The notes beneath the pieces are model-generated. The model made no database searches. It had not been told where the DNA came from and worked only from the letters and a program-made list of their open reading frames with translations. DNA of 64,000 nucleotides from Rhizodiscina lignyota (lineage: Eukaryota), in NCBI GenBank assembly GCA_010015805.1, contig ML978125.1:744001-808000 (forward strand). The letters are read 5' to 3'. The position numbers and the translations under genes were made by a program. This document shows, piece by piece, positions 61,692 through 64,000 of the stretch. Position 1 is the stretch's first letter, and every line of letters begins with the position of its first letter.

Positions 61692-61968
61692 CCCGTCCTT
61701 TTCGTGGAGAGTCGGTGGCTCGGTGTACGCTAAAAACGCCGTGGCTTCGGCCGGCGGTCCTTGATCAGTGCACGGTTAAGGTATAGCCAATAATCAGCGC
61801 TCGCAACTCGAGCACCGCTCTTGAAATTACGCCTCACTAACTGAAAATAACATCTCCCCGAGATTACCCTCTAAGCTAACGTTTGAACGTATGGGGAGGT
61901 GTCCACTATCTGCCCTAGAGGGTTAGCAGCCGTTTTTGGCGTACAACGACTCTCCACAAAAAGGACGG
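61692..61968. mobile_element. Candidate MITE / non-autonomous Tc1-mariner-type element
   Basis: Imperfect ~38-bp terminal inverted repeats (CCGTCCTTTT[C/T]GTGGAGAGTCG...TGTACGC[T/C]AAAAACG), flanked by TA on both sides. No transposase ORF. Confidence 0.55.
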
Positions 61969-62651
61969 TACTCAGAGCTTGATCAGTGAGGCTCCTTAGG
62001 CCTTCCAGGTGACAAAATAGTTGGTTGCCCGGCACGGTGTAACGCAAAGAGATCAACTCTTGCACTTCAAAGTTCAACGCAAGTAAGACTACATTTGAAG
62101 TTTAGTTATACGTTCTTTGGAGTATATATAGCTATAGTGTAGCGTTGAAAAACTCGTATACTTAATCAGTTGTGGTGGCCATACAGCATATCTGTTCAGC
62201 GTACTGAAAGCTGGCCTCGAGCTGTCTGTCATCCCCGACCGAGCCTTTGTTAATTTCAAGGGAGCAAGTGCTGCAGGTGCTGAGGCGTGTAACCTCACAG
62301 AGAGACTGAACAATATTTATAAAATATCAACCTTCATTCGACAGCTTTTAGAATATCACAGTGAGGCTAAGCGGCGCATGACGAGTCGCAGAATTTGAAG
62401 TTAGCAAGCTCGCATTTAAGAGCTATCGACTTTATAATACATCCTTTCCAGCGAGGCAAAAAGCCTCGAAATTCTCGCAGCGTATCGTGTCGCGCGGTAC
62501 CAGAGTCAGACCTCCCGCGTCCGGTGCGGATGTTTCCAGTAGCACCGTGCCGATGCCATCGATTCTGAGCGCCATTACGCCAATACCCTCAGTTATGCAA
62601 GACAAAAGAAAATCAAGTGCTATCCCAAAACAAAGCGCTACCCCGCATGTC

Positions 62652-64000
62652 CTACTCGTTACTCGTGCTCGTTTCGCGGTTACCCTGACCCTCTAAGATC
62701 CGGTTCAGCTCCATCAGCCGCACCGGCTTGGTAAGAAAAACGTCAATGCCGCTCGTGAATGCCTCATGCTTCGCTTCGTCGCTCGCGAGGCCCGTCAACG
62801 CTACAATCTTTGCGCATGTGTGCTTCTGTTCGCCGCTCGTCGCGTGCTCCGGTGTCGGCACCTTCACAGCGCTGCCCAAGCCAACGACTTCTGCGCCTGC
62901 CGTTGTATGAGCCGTCTCCTTTGCGTCGACCTTCGCTTCGGCGACTTCCTTCTCGTGTGCGCGGATCAGTCTGGTGGCGGTGAGTCCGTCCATGACAGGC
63001 ATTGTGATGTCCATGAGGACAAAGTCGAATGCGGTTGACGATGATTTGAAGGCGTTGACGGCCTCAAGGCCGTTTTGAGCGGTCTCGTAGGTGTGGCCTT
63101 TCTTCTTCAAGAAAGTCACGAGAAGCTGTGCAATGTGAGCAATGATCATTCTAAACAGAGCGGTGTAAGGGAAGAATAGGCGTCCATACCGAAAGATTTA
63201 CGTAATTGTCATCGACCATCAGCACGTTCAACTTCTTTCCGGTCGTCTTCCGCAAGTGCTTCTCAATAGGCTTCTTCTGCATGGGAGAACCGGTAGAGAC
63301 CGAGCCAAGCGACTGAGACAAACTCGATCCAGGAGGCACCAGTGGTGCAGACAGGTTAACATTCTCTTTCAGATCTGCCGCTGTTTCCGCTGCCAGTGGC
63401 CTCATGGAGTTCGGTGTGAGCATTGGCACGGATGGAATTTTAACATGCGCCATTTTCGTGTCCGGATTGATGCTCATCGAATCCATCTCGTTCACAAGTG
63501 CCCGCTCGATAGGCGGGCTTGGGGTAGTGGCTGGAGTAGAAAGGCAAGTCTGGAGCGCTTTCGCGAGCTTCCGGGGGCCACATGGCAGCTTGACGCACTC
63601 CGCTGGCTTCCTCCAACTCTTCTTGGAAGATGTGCATTTCGAGCTCACAAGCGCCGAATGAGGGCACAATACCAGCAGTGGTGATCCATAAGGAACGTGG
63701 CCGGCCGCGACTGCGCCTTCAGTGGCGATATACACATCCGCTGCCTTGCCTGGTCCTTGCACCTCAAGACCACACCACGTCTGGCATGCCTTGCTGAGTG
63801 AAGCCTGCAATAGGCCATCGGGTGGGAGTGCGAGATCTTTCTGCTCATCGAAGCCAACAAAAGCAACCGTCTTGGCTCTCGATTGGGATGCGAGTGGGTT
63901 TGGCAGCACTGCCTTTCCATTGTCGAGACTCTTCTCCAAATCGACCAAGACGGAAAACTCTGATCCGCAGCCCTTTTCGCTTCTCACATCGATGCGTCCA
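62652..64000 (-). CDS. Hybrid sensor histidine kinase, C-terminal part (5' end outside window)
   Basis: HATPase end GRIDVRSEKGCGSEF and receiver VLMVDDN|...VLMDITMPVMDG...IVALTG...FLTKP. Intron 63126-63189. Confidence 0.92.

Noticed and set aside
1..64000. tRNA, rRNA or CRISPR arrays
   Set aside because: No cloverleaf, rRNA-like sequence or repeat-spacer array was recognised by eye. tRNAscan-SE/Infernal would be needed to exclude small RNAs.

Overview
Intron-containing filamentous-ascomycete (Pezizomycotina-like) nuclear DNA with about 24 apparently intact protein-coding genes, recognised by motif inspection and manual GT-AG splicing only (no database searches were run). Left to right: a CDK10/11-like kinase; three secreted hydrolases (S53 tripeptidyl peptidase, S10 carboxypeptidase, class-3 lipase); a hypothetical protein; MRPL22; PRP24; a Q-rich protein carrying two Som1-like motifs; MTG2; a GRF zinc-finger protein; an unusual half-zinc-cluster protein with internal repeats and a hydrophobic C-terminus; a CipA/NmrA oxidoreductase; HET and P450 relics; PI-PLC; UTP23; a Mil1/DUF726 protein; a GH93 hydrolase; an Upc2-like TF; a membrane protein; an NTF2-like protein; a GPI-anchored Thr-rich protein; an SDR; a disrupted UstM-like methyltransferase; an amino-acid permease; and the 3' end of a hybrid histidine kinase. 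No rRNA, tRNA, CRISPR or intact transposon was seen. The best leads are the candidate membrane-tethered C3H zinc TF (26087-28970), the Som1-motif protein, a TA-flanked MITE-like inverted repeat (61692-61968), the methyltransferase pseudogene and a recurrent intergenic TACGGAGTA motif. None is proven to be a novel system.
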